IMG/VR virus record: IMGVR_UViG_2609460218_000018
Coordinates: 1 to 42,196 of that record
Source of the DNA: a virus
Lineage: Duplodnaviria; Heunggongvirae; Uroviricota; Caudoviricetes
Strand: one strand, 5' to 3'
Length of the DNA: 42,196 nt
In this document: positions 26,423 through 35,876 of the stretch, one piece after another
Layout of the letters: each line of letters opens with the position of its first letter
Numbering within the stretch: position 1 is the stretch's first letter
Notes under the pieces: model-generated
Databases searched by the model: none
The model's input: only the letters and a program-made list of their open reading frames with translations
What the model was told of the DNA's origin: nothing
Made by a program: the position numbers and the translations under genes

Positions 26423-26871
26423 ATGACAAGGTGATGGATGCTCTTGATGAAATTGCTAACTCTTTATCCGACAAGCAACTAAAAGTTGGGTTTATCGACG
26501 GAGCAACATACCCGGATGGAACGCCTGTGGCTATGGTGGCGGCTACAAACGAGTATGGGAATCCGGCAAATAACCAACCCCCAAGACCATTCTTTCGCAA
26601 TGCAATTGCAGCTCATGAAACCGAATGGTCAGAAGATATTGCAAGAGGTCTTGGAAAAGGGATTGAGTTAGAACACGTCCTGTCGGTAGTTGGTGAAAAA
26701 ATTGCAGGGGATGTCGTCCAGTCAATTTCCTCGTTAATGGGTCCGCCGTTGTCAGCGGCGACAATCGCTAGCAGGAAATCTAAAGGCAATGAGTCAACAA
26801 AACCTCTTGTTGATACCAAAGTCATGATCCGCGATGTGCATTATGAGGTAGGAGACATTGAACCTTCATAA
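26419..26871 (+). CDS. hypothetical head-tail joining protein
   Basis: 150-aa ORF with coupled start. Confidence 0.45.
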   Translation: MNDKVMDALDEIANSLSDKQLKVGFIDGATYPDGTPVAMVAATNEYGNPANNQPPRPFFRNAIAAHETEWSEDIARGLGKGIELEHVLSVVGEKIAGDVVQSISSLMGPPLSAATIASRKSKGNESTKPLVDTKVMIRDVHYEVGDIEPS

Positions 26872-27229
26872 AATTGCCAACAGCGCCATTAGGCGAGTAA
26901 ACCCCAATATCTCAGCAATCCTGAAGAAATACGCAGGTGAAACCATCGGACCCGGTCGCAAGCCAGTTCCGTCTTACCTTCCTGACCAGAACGTCACCAT
27001 TCAGTTGCAGCCAATCAGCCGTGGCGACATGCAACACGTCGACGGCCTGAACATCCAGGGGCTGGCAAAGGTGATTTACGTCAATGGCAACTACTTCAGC
27101 GTGCAGCGTGAAATGGAGCAGGGTGGCGATATCTTCGTGATTAATGGCGAGCAATGGCTTGTCGTTGAACCCGTTGAACTATGGCCAAATTGGTGTCGTC
27201 TGATTGCTGTTTTGCAGGTGAGCCCATGA
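26858..27229 (+). CDS. hypothetical structural protein
   Basis: 123-aa ORF with coupled start. Confidence 0.45.
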   Translation: MNLHKIANSAIRRVNPNISAILKKYAGETIGPGRKPVPSYLPDQNVTIQLQPISRGDMQHVDGLNIQGLAKVIYVNGNYFSVQREMEQGGDIFVINGEQWLVVEPVELWPNWCRLIAVLQVSP

Positions 27230-27741
27230 ACGACTTCACCGTAGATGACGTGATCGATGTGCTGGCTGGATACATTGAGCCGATCGCCGGTACATGCCAG
27301 CAAGCTCAGGCCAATCGCGTGCCGATGCCAAAAGGACAGTTCTGCATCCTGACCCCTTTGCGATTTACCCGGTTATCCACGACGAGAGACATCAAGCAGG
27401 ACACAGGCTCTCCGGCAACAAGCGCCATGGGATACACCGAAGTTCGCCACGCTGATATTCAGGTGGATATCTACGGTCAGGGTGCAGGGGATCGGGCCAT
27501 TGCACTGGAAACCACGTTCGCGAGTAGTTATGGCTACGACACCATCAAAGCCATTGATGCCCGGCTTGCCCCGCTTTACTCATCACCTGCCATTCAAGCG
27601 CCGATGATCGACGCTGAGAGACAGTGGCAAGAACGCTACACAATTACGCTATCCCTGCAGGCGCACATTACCGTGTCATTCCCGCAGGACTATTTCGACA
27701 AAGCAGAAATTACAACCCAACAGGTGGATGGACGCCAATGA
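27226..27741 (+). CDS. hypothetical structural protein (possible tail completion)
   Basis: ORF 27181..27741 trimmed to the ATG overlapping the upstream stop (MNDFTVDDVIDVL...). Confidence 0.45.
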   Translation: MNDFTVDDVIDVLAGYIEPIAGTCQQAQANRVPMPKGQFCILTPLRFTRLSTTRDIKQDTGSPATSAMGYTEVRHADIQVDIYGQGAGDRAIALETTFASSYGYDTIKAIDARLAPLYSSPAIQAPMIDAERQWQERYTITLSLQAHITVSFPQDYFDKAEITTQQVDGRQ

Positions 27742-29228
27742 GCACAATCCCTTTATCCGTAGATTTCAATATCACGCCCAATGTCGTTACGCCTGCCGGT
27801 TCTGCGGTTGATGCTAACGGCCTGATGCTGACCGATAACGAGCTTATCCCGGTCGGCGCGGTGCAATCTTATTTTTCATCCTCTGATGTCTCTGCTCTGA
27901 TGGGCAGTGAATCAAAAGAATTCCTCGCCGCGCAGCAGTATTTCAACGGCTACGAAAACTCATCCGTTATTCCTGGTGAGTTGCTGATGTATCGCATCGT
28001 TACTGCTGACGTTGCTGGATATTTGCTGTCCGGTAATCTGAAAGGTGTGGCACTGGCTACCCTGAAGGCAATCCCGTCCGGAACCATTACGCTGTCAGTT
28101 GATGGCGTATCGGTAACCAGTACGTCAATCGACCTGTCAACGGCTACCAGTTTCAGCGACATTGCATCAAAGCTGCAGGTTGGTATCGGGGCAAGCAAAG
28201 TCGCGGTCGAATGGTTGCCAATTGCTAATCGCTTCATCATTCGCTCTGCCACTACCGGCGCGGATAGCGAAGTGTCTTATGCGTCCGCTGGCGCACTGGC
28301 AACCGGCCTGTTGCTGACTCAGGCTACTGCTGCAATCGTATCCCCGGGTTCAGATGCTGTAACGCTGACAGACACGATGAATAACATCATCAACGTCAAC
28401 CAGAACTGGATCCTGTTTAACTCGCTGGTCGAACTTACCGATGACCAGAAAACAGAGCTGTGCGCATGGGCAAGCAGCAGCAAAAACCGCTTTGGCTATG
28501 TTGTGCATGACACTACGGCTGAAGGTACTGTCGCCAACAATGCTAACTGCTTCGTGCAGAAAGTGGTTGTGGCTAATGGTTACGAGAACATCTTCCCGGT
28601 GTACGGTACTTATCTGTACAGCGTAACCGCGCTGGCTTATGCCGCTTCGGTAGACTTTGCTCGCACCAACGGACGTATCTCATTCAAGTTCCGTGGCTTC
28701 CCCGGACTGACACCTAACGTGAGCGATTTGGCTACGGCTCAAGCTCTGAAATCGAACGGTTACAACTTCTATGGTGCGTATAGCCTGAATAAGACCATGG
28801 CTCAGTACGCATCTGACGGTGCTATTACTGGTAAATTCGTCTGGCTGGATACCTTCATCGATCAGGTATGGATTAACGCCAATCTGGTCAGTGCATACGC
28901 AAACCTTTTTACCAACAATCAGTCCTACCCGTTCAACCAAAACGGCTATGGCGCGATTCAGGCGGCCACAATTGACGTTGCTAACCAGGCTCTGACGTTC
29001 GGCGCGATTCAGAAGGGTGTTGTGCTGGACAATGCGCAGATCCGCATCGTGAACAACACAGTTGGCAAAGATATCTCCGCGACGCTGTATTCCGAGGGAT
29101 GGTATCTGTATATCCCTACGCAAACCGGTGCAGCTCGTCTTGAGCGTCAGTTGCAGGGGGCGATCTTCTACTGGGTTGACGGGCAGTTAATCCAATCCAT
29201 CAGCATGTCTTCAACCGCTATTCTGTAA
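27738..29228 (+). CDS. tail sheath protein (DUF3383-like)
   Basis: ORF 27624..29228 trimmed to MSTIPLSV...; 496 aa, immediately upstream of a ~144-aa tube-sized gene. Confidence 0.55.
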   Translation: MSTIPLSVDFNITPNVVTPAGSAVDANGLMLTDNELIPVGAVQSYFSSSDVSALMGSESKEFLAAQQYFNGYENSSVIPGELLMYRIVTADVAGYLLSGNLKGVALATLKAIPSGTITLSVDGVSVTSTSIDLSTATSFSDIASKLQVGIGASKVAVEWLPIANRFIIRSATTGADSEVSYASAGALATGLLLTQATAAIVSPGSDAVTLTDTMNNIINVNQNWILFNSLVELTDDQKTELCAWASSSKNRFGYVVHDTTAEGTVANNANCFVQKVVVANGYENIFPVYGTYLYSVTALAYAASVDFARTNGRISFKFRGFPGLTPNVSDLATAQALKSNGYNFYGAYSLNKTMAQYASDGAITGKFVWLDTFIDQVWINANLVSAYANLFTNNQSYPFNQNGYGAIQAATIDVANQALTFGAIQKGVVLDNAQIRIVNNTVGKDISATLYSEGWYLYIPTQTGAARLERQLQGAIFYWVDGQLIQSISMSSTAIL

Positions 29229-29238
29229 GGACGACAAA

Positions 29239-29673
29239 ATGCCAATTGACATTACAAGTGCTAATTCCAAGCTGCGCATCGTCGTACCTGCTTACTACCC
29301 CGGCGGTTTTGACGTTGATGATTACGCAGCCGACAACATGTTTGAAACCGGAGCGCTGCAGAACAAGGAAGACATGATGTCTGCGGATGGTAAATACCAC
29401 GCTGGCTTCATCTTCAACCCGACAGAGTTCACCATTAACCTGATGGCTACATCGAATGCCAGCAGCCTGATTGATGACTGGTTTGCTGCCGAGCGAACGG
29501 CAATTTCTGCGTTTGCATGCAACGCCACGTTGACCGTACCGGCGCTGGGCGCGAAGTGGAACTTCGTTAACGGTGTTCTGTACACCTGGACCCCGACGCC
29601 TCCGGGTCGCCGCGTTCTTCAGCCACGCCCGGCAGTATTCCACTTTGAGACCGTCACACGGAGCGCAATCTGA
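29239..29673 (+). CDS. tail tube protein (putative)
   Basis: 144 aa immediately after the sheath gene. Confidence 0.5.
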   Translation: MPIDITSANSKLRIVVPAYYPGGFDVDDYAADNMFETGALQNKEDMMSADGKYHAGFIFNPTEFTINLMATSNASSLIDDWFAAERTAISAFACNATLTVPALGAKWNFVNGVLYTWTPTPPGRRVLQPRPAVFHFETVTRSAI

Positions 29674-30083
29674 TGGCACGTAAAGAGATCCCCTTCATTG
29701 TTGAAGAAGAAGGCCGCGATAAGGGTAAGGAATTTCTCATCACTGAGATGTCGGCGTGGGATGCCGACACCCTGGCACAGGATATTTTCCGAGCTATGGG
29801 GGATTCTAATTACAGCAGCATTCCGGCTGATGTGATCGCCATGGGGTGCGCCGGGCTGGCAACAGTTGGCCTGAGCGTCATCTCTGCATCATCTCCGGAA
29901 GTCGCTCGCCAGTTGCGAGATCGCCTGATGTCGACGGTGGACATCATCATCACCAGTGAAGGCCAGCGCCAGCAGCGCAAGGTGAATGGTTCTCTGGATT
30001 TCGAAGAGGTGTCGACCATTCGCTCCCTGCTGGACAAGGTGTTTGAGATTAATTTCAATTTTTTAACGATCGCCGGAGAGTAA
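29673..30083 (+). CDS. tail assembly chaperone (putative)
   Basis: 136 aa acidic protein between the tube and tape measure genes. Confidence 0.4.
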   Translation: MARKEIPFIVEEEGRDKGKEFLITEMSAWDADTLAQDIFRAMGDSNYSSIPADVIAMGCAGLATVGLSVISASSPEVARQLRDRLMSTVDIIITSEGQRQQRKVNGSLDFEEVSTIRSLLDKVFEINFNFLTIAGE

Positions 30084-30301
30084 AGTATCCCTTCCTTGAG
30101 GAAGATGCTCTACCGGCTAAGTTAGTCTCCCCAGTCAATATCTCATCAACCATCAACGCCATTATCTGCTCTGGAAAAGCCTCTTACCTCGATTTACAGG
30201 AGAGGCTTTCCGTAGCGGATATGTACAACCTGCTCGAGATTATCTCAGTGGAAAACTTCAATCAGCGCGTGTGGCATAAGCATCAGGAGAAATAATCCAA
30301 C

Positions 30302-30785
30302 ATGAATTATTGTGACTATTTTTCTTATGAGAATGAAACAGGCATTCTTAGATGGAAAGTAAGAATTTCTCAGGGAGTTCATATTGGAGATGAGGCAGGG
30401 AAGAGCAAAAACAACGCCTATGCCCAAGTTAGATTGAACGGAAAGTTGACAATGGTTCATCGAATAATCTGGGAAATGCACAATGGCGCAATAGATAGCG
30501 GAATGTATGTTGATCATATTGATGGCAATACATTCAATAACAGATTGTCGAATCTCCGTCTTGTTACACACCAGGATAATCACAGAAATCAGNAAAAAAC
30601 GCTCAACTAATAAGTCAGGATATCTTGGCGTATCATGGAACAAGCAGCATCAGAAATGGCAAGCATCAATTAAGTTAAGCGGAAAGGTAAAATATCTTGG
30701 ATGGTTCGATGATATAAAGGATGCAGCCAGAGCAAGAAAGGCCGCAGATATTGAGTTTGGGTTTCATGAGAATCATGGTAGGTAA
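30302..30785 (+). CDS. HNH homing endonuclease with AP2-type DNA-binding domain; frame broken at an N (~30593)
   Basis: HNH region (VHRIIWEMHNG...VDHIDGNTFNNRLSNLRLVTHQDNHRN) in ORF 30302..30610 and AP2-like region (SGYLGVSWNKQHQKWQASIKLSGKVKYLGWFDDIKDAARARKAAD) in ORF 30507..30785; AT-rich. Confidence 0.7.
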
Positions 30786-30788
30786 CCA

Positions 30789-32552
30789 ATGCTCATAAGT
30801 GAGTTGGCCTATAAGGTCACAATCAAGGCTGACGAGTTCCTGAATGGCAAACGTAAGCTGAAAGATGAGGTGAAGCAGCTGGAGGGGGATTTTGACCGCT
30901 CCGGCAAAAACATCAGCCGCACTCTGAAATCGAGCACTCTTGATGTAACGCAGTTTGGCAGCGCAGCGGCGTCTTCTTTTCGTGGCGCTTACACCGCCGC
31001 CGCCGGATTTCTCGGTATCGGTGCCGGTCTTTACGGTATCAAGCAACTATTCACCTCAACTTCAAACGAAATCGTTCGTGCTAGCAATCAGGCGAAGTTC
31101 TTCGGCACTGACGTGAACAAGATGTTTGGCATGCGGCGCGGATTCCAGCAGGCCGGGTTAAACGGTGATGCGTTCATCGGTGCTTCTGGTAATGCTCGCA
31201 TGGCGCTGGCTAACATCAAAGACCCGACAATCTTTGGTGGGCTCACCGGCGCGGCGCAAAACCTGATGGTGTTGGGCGCCCGCACCGGTCTGAACATCAA
31301 TAACCTTGGCGACCCTAACAAGGCGCTGGGGGAATTCACCCGCTACGGCAAATCACACTCTCAGGAAAATCTGATGCAGGTGATGGCGGCCGCCGGGTTC
31401 GACCCGACAGACGCAGCCAAGATTAAATCTGGTGAGCTAAAGTCTCTGGTCGACTCGGAAACGAAGAAGTCGCAGATCACCGCCGCTCAGGTGAAAGAGC
31501 AGGAAAACCTGCTGGTTACCCTTGGGCAACTCGACGCGCAGTTTGAACGTATTCGGCAGGATATAGCCATCGCCTTTGCGCCTGAAGTCATGAGCGCGCT
31601 GAAACAGTTTGGCGACTGGATCAAAGACCACCATGGCGACATCATAGGGTTCTTTCGCGATGCCGGAGAATCAGTTAAGAAACTGACAGAATCTGTTGGT
31701 GGGGCGAATGCGCTTCTTCTGTTACTGGCCGCAGGGCTAAGAGCTAATCCATTGGTTATGGCTGCTATCGCGGCCACAACAGCCGCCAATGCTATAGATA
31801 AAGCCAATGCAGAAGCTAAAGGCGAAGGCAAAAGTGTTGGCAGCTATATGTATGACAAGGTGCACGGAGAGAAAACACCATTCATCACATGGGATTCTTT
31901 AAAGTCATTTTTCGGCATTGACGAGCCAGCACAACACGCACAGTCAGCAAGAAGAATGCAGCAGGCACCGGGAGAAATNGATGATCTGCTCCACGGCGTG
32001 ATGATGACTGAATCAAGCGGGAACCCACTGGCGTACAACACCAGCTCAGGGGCTGCCGGTGCGTATCAGTTCATGCCAGCAACCGCCAGAGACATGGGGT
32101 TGCGAGTGGACTCAACGGTTGATGAAAGACTCGACCCAGAGAAGTCTCGCGCTGCTGCTTCCGTTTACATGCGCCAGTTACTGAAGCGCTACGATGGCAA
32201 CGTCGACAACGCTCTCAGAGCCTATAACTGGGGGATGGGTAACGTTGATAAGTGGATCGCCAATGGCAGTGATATTTCACAGCTACCAAAAGAAACGCGC
32301 GAATACACCGGCAAGGTCTATGGAAACATGGGGAATGCCCGCAACTATTACGCGACGCAGGGAAGAATGGCAGATAACAGGCCATATCAACTGGCATCAA
32401 GCGGCGGACAACCTCAGATACAAAACAGTACGCACATCAACACAGTGAATGTGAACAGTAATCCGACAACAGTTGACGCATTGACAAAGAGTATCAATCA
32501 ACAAGCAAGCCGCGCATCGACAAACGCAGCATTCTCAAGTTCGGTAAAATAA
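30789..32552 (+). CDS. tail tape measure protein with C-terminal lytic transglycosylase (SLT) domain
   Basis: 587 aa; SLT-like motif (MMTESSGNPLAYNTSSGAAGAYQFMPATARDMGL); Gly/Ala-rich hydrophobic segments. Confidence 0.6.
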   Translation: MLISELAYKVTIKADEFLNGKRKLKDEVKQLEGDFDRSGKNISRTLKSSTLDVTQFGSAAASSFRGAYTAAAGFLGIGAGLYGIKQLFTSTSNEIVRASNQAKFFGTDVNKMFGMRRGFQQAGLNGDAFIGASGNARMALANIKDPTIFGGLTGAAQNLMVLGARTGLNINNLGDPNKALGEFTRYGKSHSQENLMQVMAAAGFDPTDAAKIKSGELKSLVDSETKKSQITAAQVKEQENLLVTLGQLDAQFERIRQDIAIAFAPEVMSALKQFGDWIKDHHGDIIGFFRDAGESVKKLTESVGGANALLLLLAAGLRANPLVMAAIAATTAANAIDKANAEAKGEGKSVGSYMYDKVHGEKTPFITWDSLKSFFGIDEPAQHAQSARRMQQAPGEXDDLLHGVMMTESSGNPLAYNTSSGAAGAYQFMPATARDMGLRVDSTVDERLDPEKSRAAASVYMRQLLKRYDGNVDNALRAYNWGMGNVDKWIANGSDISQLPKETREYTGKVYGNMGNARNYYATQGRMADNRPYQLASSGGQPQIQNSTHINTVNVNSNPTTVDALTKSINQQASRASTNAAFSSSVK

Positions 32553-32563
32553 CAGCTAACTTC

Positions 32564-32592
32564 ATGTATTATAGTGAAAATTGCCGTATAAT
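32564..32592 (+). promoter_or_regulatory. candidate promoter with perfect -10 TATAAT (~32587-32592) for the small membrane-protein gene
   Basis: TATAAT about 30 nt upstream of ATG 32623, which has a GGGGAA RBS; the -35 is weak. Confidence 0.35.
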
Positions 32593-32622
32593 TTACTCAT
32601 GAAAAACACGGGGAATCGTGAT

Positions 32623-32805
32623 ATGAGACGCTCGCTGCTGTATTTATTTATCTATGTTTTCACATTGATGTTCTTCGCTAAACCAATCGACATAATGATG
32701 GGGGTTGATGCCTGGTACGCGCTGATGTTAGTGGCGCTATGGGTGGTGATTTCTGCAGCCATTGTTCACATCATTCATTTTTGGCCTACGAAAATTTCCA
32801 ATTAG
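32623..32805 (+). CDS. small two-TM membrane protein (self-contained moron)
   Basis: ORF 32581..32805 trimmed to MRRSLLYLFIYVFTLMFFAK...; two hydrophobic helices; own promoter-like element and terminator. Confidence 0.45.
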   Translation: MRRSLLYLFIYVFTLMFFAKPIDIMMGVDAWYALMLVALWVVISAAIVHIIHFWPTKISN

Positions 32806-32810
32806 ATAAA

Positions 32811-32830
32811 CCCGCTCCGGCGGGTTTTTT
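32811..32830 (+). terminator. intrinsic terminator
   Basis: CCCGCtccgGCGGG followed by TTTTTTATTG. Confidence 0.6.
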
Positions 32831-32846
32831 ATTGCCCGGAGAACCG

Positions 32847-33662
32847 ATGAGCATTCTCAGTCTCAACACAGCAGACATATTCAACGCGATCGGTGGCGGC
32901 TCTCCGCTCTCCATAATCGACAGCGTTCTCCACCCTCAGTACGTGATCCGCAACAGCAAAACCAATGCAGTGGCGCTTGAGTTCAGCGGCATGGCATCTA
33001 TTCAACCTGGCGGACGGGCACAGATCACCAACGCTCCGGTGGAGAATGGTAAATACCAGTCAATCAACAAGGTGAAAGAGCCATCTCTTGTCAGGTGCGA
33101 GATCATCATTACTGGCCTGACGGGTCTGACTGGCAGCATTCCAAACATCTTCGATCTGACGTTTACCAGCCAAAGCAGTGCTCTTGAAACCATCAAAACA
33201 ATGCTGGAAACGGCAAACACATATGACATCGAGACGCCGAAAGAAACGCTGCAGAGTTATGACCTTGTTGATCATGATTACAACGTAAACTCTCAGCGCG
33301 GCGTATCCATGCTGACGGTGTATCTGGTGTTTCAGGAGGTTATGCAGCAGATGGAAGTTGTTCTCTCTGGCTCACAGTCGAACAGCAAGCCAACTAACGA
33401 TGAAATCAGCCAGGGTGTAACAGGAACCGGGTCCGCAACAAAGGATGCTGGCTCTACACCATCGACAGTCGATGAGCTTGGTAAATCATGGTCATCACTA
33501 AAAACTTCTGTAGGCGATATTGCCGGAAAGGCAACAGATGCCATCACAACAGGCTTTCAAAGCGCTCTGGATACCGTTTCGAAGCCAGTTCTTGACGTAA
33601 CCAACAGTGCAACGCAGAAAGCAGCGGAGCTGGCTAAGGAAATAAACGAGAACATCACATGA
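32847..33662 (+). CDS. hypothetical tail/baseplate protein
   Basis: ORF 32739..33662 trimmed to MSILSLNTADIF... after a GGAGAA RBS; 271 aa. Confidence 0.45.
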   Translation: MSILSLNTADIFNAIGGGSPLSIIDSVLHPQYVIRNSKTNAVALEFSGMASIQPGGRAQITNAPVENGKYQSINKVKEPSLVRCEIIITGLTGLTGSIPNIFDLTFTSQSSALETIKTMLETANTYDIETPKETLQSYDLVDHDYNVNSQRGVSMLTVYLVFQEVMQQMEVVLSGSQSNSKPTNDEISQGVTGTGSATKDAGSTPSTVDELGKSWSSLKTSVGDIAGKATDAITTGFQSALDTVSKPVLDVTNSATQKAAELAKEINENIT

Positions 33663-33964
33663 GAACTGTTTCCCTTGTTCCTCAGAAATCGCAATCCATA
33701 TCCGTAAACTTAGCCGGCCAGCAATGCACTATCCGCTTAATTCAGCGCGAAAGCTTTATGTATATGGACTTAACGGTTAACGGCAACCCAATCATGCAGG
33801 GGGTTCCGTGTTTATACGGTAACCGGATGGTCAGATATTCCTATCTTGGATTCGTTGGCGATCTGGTCTTCCTTGATAACGTGGGACAAACAGACCCTTA
33901 CTGGGAAGGTCTTGGTAGCAGATACATTCTTTACTACATAGAGGAGGGCGAGCTTGTACAGTAA
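33659..33964 (+). CDS. hypothetical baseplate-region protein
   Basis: 101-aa ORF with coupled start. Confidence 0.4.
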   Translation: MRTVSLVPQKSQSISVNLAGQQCTIRLIQRESFMYMDLTVNGNPIMQGVPCLYGNRMVRYSYLGFVGDLVFLDNVGQTDPYWEGLGSRYILYYIEEGELVQ

Positions 33965-34817
33965 ACGATCTCTCCGCTTTGAGTTTGTGAATGAAACATC
34001 CTCATTCGATGATTCTGGCAATAACACCATTTCCATCAGCGAAGCCCGGGCTACGGTTTCATTTCAGTCTGCAGGGAACCTGTTCGGTACGCAGATTAAC
34101 GTAAGCATTTTCGGATTGGGTATTGAGATGCTGGCGGCGCTGTCGTCGAAGGCTATGGGATTATTTGGTAGCGATACTGAGCGGATCAGTATGAAAGTAT
34201 TTGTCGGTGAAACGGCTATATTCGCTGGTTACATGACATCATCTATTGCGAACATGAACGCAATACCAAATGCCGCATTGGTGATTACAGCCACAGCAAA
34301 CGCTGGCCTACAGAACAAGCCCGCATCACCATTCTCGTTTAATGGTGCGACGCCGGTTCCTGACATCATTAACGCAATCTGTAACGCAGCAGGGTACAAA
34401 GCATACATCACCGGACTCGATGGACTGGTAGTTACCAACCCTCATTATGAGGGAAGCATTTTCACTCAGTTAGAATCACTCTGTAACGATGTTAATGTGG
34501 CGATGTCCGTCGCTCCGCCATCAATTTCTTTCTGGCCTCAGGATAGCACCAGAGACGATGTAATGCCGTTCATCTCCCCGGAATACNGGCTCATTGGATA
34601 CCCGATATTTTCAAACGGCGGCCTGATGTTTCAGACTCAATTCTCAACGCTGCTAACTACCGGAAGAAACGTGCAGATAGAGACATCACTTCCTCATGCT
34701 AGTGGAGTTTACAAGTTGACCAGCGTTAACCATGAGCTTTCATCATGGATGAATGATGGTCCGTGGCATTCAATATGTATCGCTTACAGAGTTCAGAGCG
34801 AGGACGGCAATGGCTGA
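33954..34817 (+). CDS. hypothetical baseplate protein (non-ATG start per track)
   Basis: 287-aa ORF; contains an N; start uncertain. Confidence 0.4.
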   Translation: MYSKRSLRFEFVNETSSFDDSGNNTISISEARATVSFQSAGNLFGTQINVSIFGLGIEMLAALSSKAMGLFGSDTERISMKVFVGETAIFAGYMTSSIANMNAIPNAALVITATANAGLQNKPASPFSFNGATPVPDIINAICNAAGYKAYITGLDGLVVTNPHYEGSIFTQLESLCNDVNVAMSVAPPSISFWPQDSTRDDVMPFISPEYXLIGYPIFSNGGLMFQTQFSTLLTTGRNVQIETSLPHASGVYKLTSVNHELSSWMNDGPWHSICIAYRVQSEDGNG

Positions 34818-35520
34818 AAACTTATTCACACCAACCAGCGCTCAAGTAAATGAACCCGAATCGTTGAAATTCACATTTGAAAGGCTCCTGTCAGGGGCCT
34901 TTTTTATTGAGCTTGTGAAAGTACAGGATGTGAGAGGGGCCGCTCCCAACCTTGTTGTGGATGCAATTCCGCTGGTAACCCGAACGGATCAGAGCGGGGC
35001 GATGATTCAGAACTCGACCATATTCAATATCCCGGTATTTCGTCTGCAGCGAGGAAGTAGCGCAATCATCATGAATCCGGTAGTTGGTGATATTGGGATG
35101 ATCGCCATATGCGACAGAGACACAACACTTGTGCGGGCAAACCGTAAAGAATCGGTACCCGGCAGCGGCAGAAAGCACAGCAAATCTGATGCGTTATATC
35201 TTGGCGGCTTCCTCAACGATCAGCCTACTCAGTTCATTGAATTTGCTGACGGCGCGATAAATATCACAACTCCGAATCCGGTAAATATCACATGTTCATC
35301 TGCAACAGTTACTGNCCCTGATGGCGTGACGATGACGACACCAACGCTACATGTAACCGGAAACATCACGGCGGGCGGGAATATCACGGACAACAACGGA
35401 ACACAGAGCGCATCGCTCAAGACCCTGCGTGACAACTACGACCAGCATAAGCATTCAGTTGAAGGTGTACAGACTGGCGGATCTACAGTCACATCCAACG
35501 TAACGGATAAGCCAACATGA
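34810..35520 (+). CDS. baseplate spike / assembly protein V-like
   Basis: ORF 34753..35520 trimmed to MAENLF...; N-terminal OB-like region and C-terminal repetitive segment (NITTPNPVNIT...NITAGGNITDNNG); a terminator-like hairpin plus T6 lies ~75 nt inside, so the start may be further downstream. Confidence 0.45.
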   Translation: MAENLFTPTSAQVNEPESLKFTFERLLSGAFFIELVKVQDVRGAAPNLVVDAIPLVTRTDQSGAMIQNSTIFNIPVFRLQRGSSAIIMNPVVGDIGMIAICDRDTTLVRANRKESVPGSGRKHSKSDALYLGGFLNDQPTQFIEFADGAINITTPNPVNITCSSATVTXPDGVTMTTPTLHVTGNITAGGNITDNNGTQSASLKTLRDNYDQHKHSVEGVQTGGSTVTSNVTDKPT

Positions 35521-35876
35521 CATACAGAACCATGCAATTAGACACGTCTACGTGGGATTTGACGCTGGACGGGAACGGGAATCTGGCAATCGCCGATGAA
35601 TCGTATTCTGTAGCGCAGGACGTTGCCAGCGCATGTCTGGTGTTCTCTGGTGAATGCTACTACGACAACACGCTCGGTATTCCGTGGAAAACTGAGGTGC
35701 TTGGCAGGCGACCGTCGCCGGGGTTCATTGCGCAAAAGATGCAGACGGAGGCGCTCAAATTGCCAATCGTTGATCAGGCCATGGCGTCCGTATTCTTCGA
35801 TAAAAACACCCGCACAACTCGCGGCACGATCCGCGTTACCGATATCAACGGGAATATTGCACAGGCCACTTTATGA
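35517..35876 (+). CDS. small baseplate protein (W/gp25-like position)
   Basis: 119 aa, between the V-like and J-like genes. Confidence 0.4.
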   Translation: MTYRTMQLDTSTWDLTLDGNGNLAIADESYSVAQDVASACLVFSGECYYDNTLGIPWKTEVLGRRPSPGFIAQKMQTEALKLPIVDQAMASVFFDKNTRTTRGTIRVTDINGNIAQATL

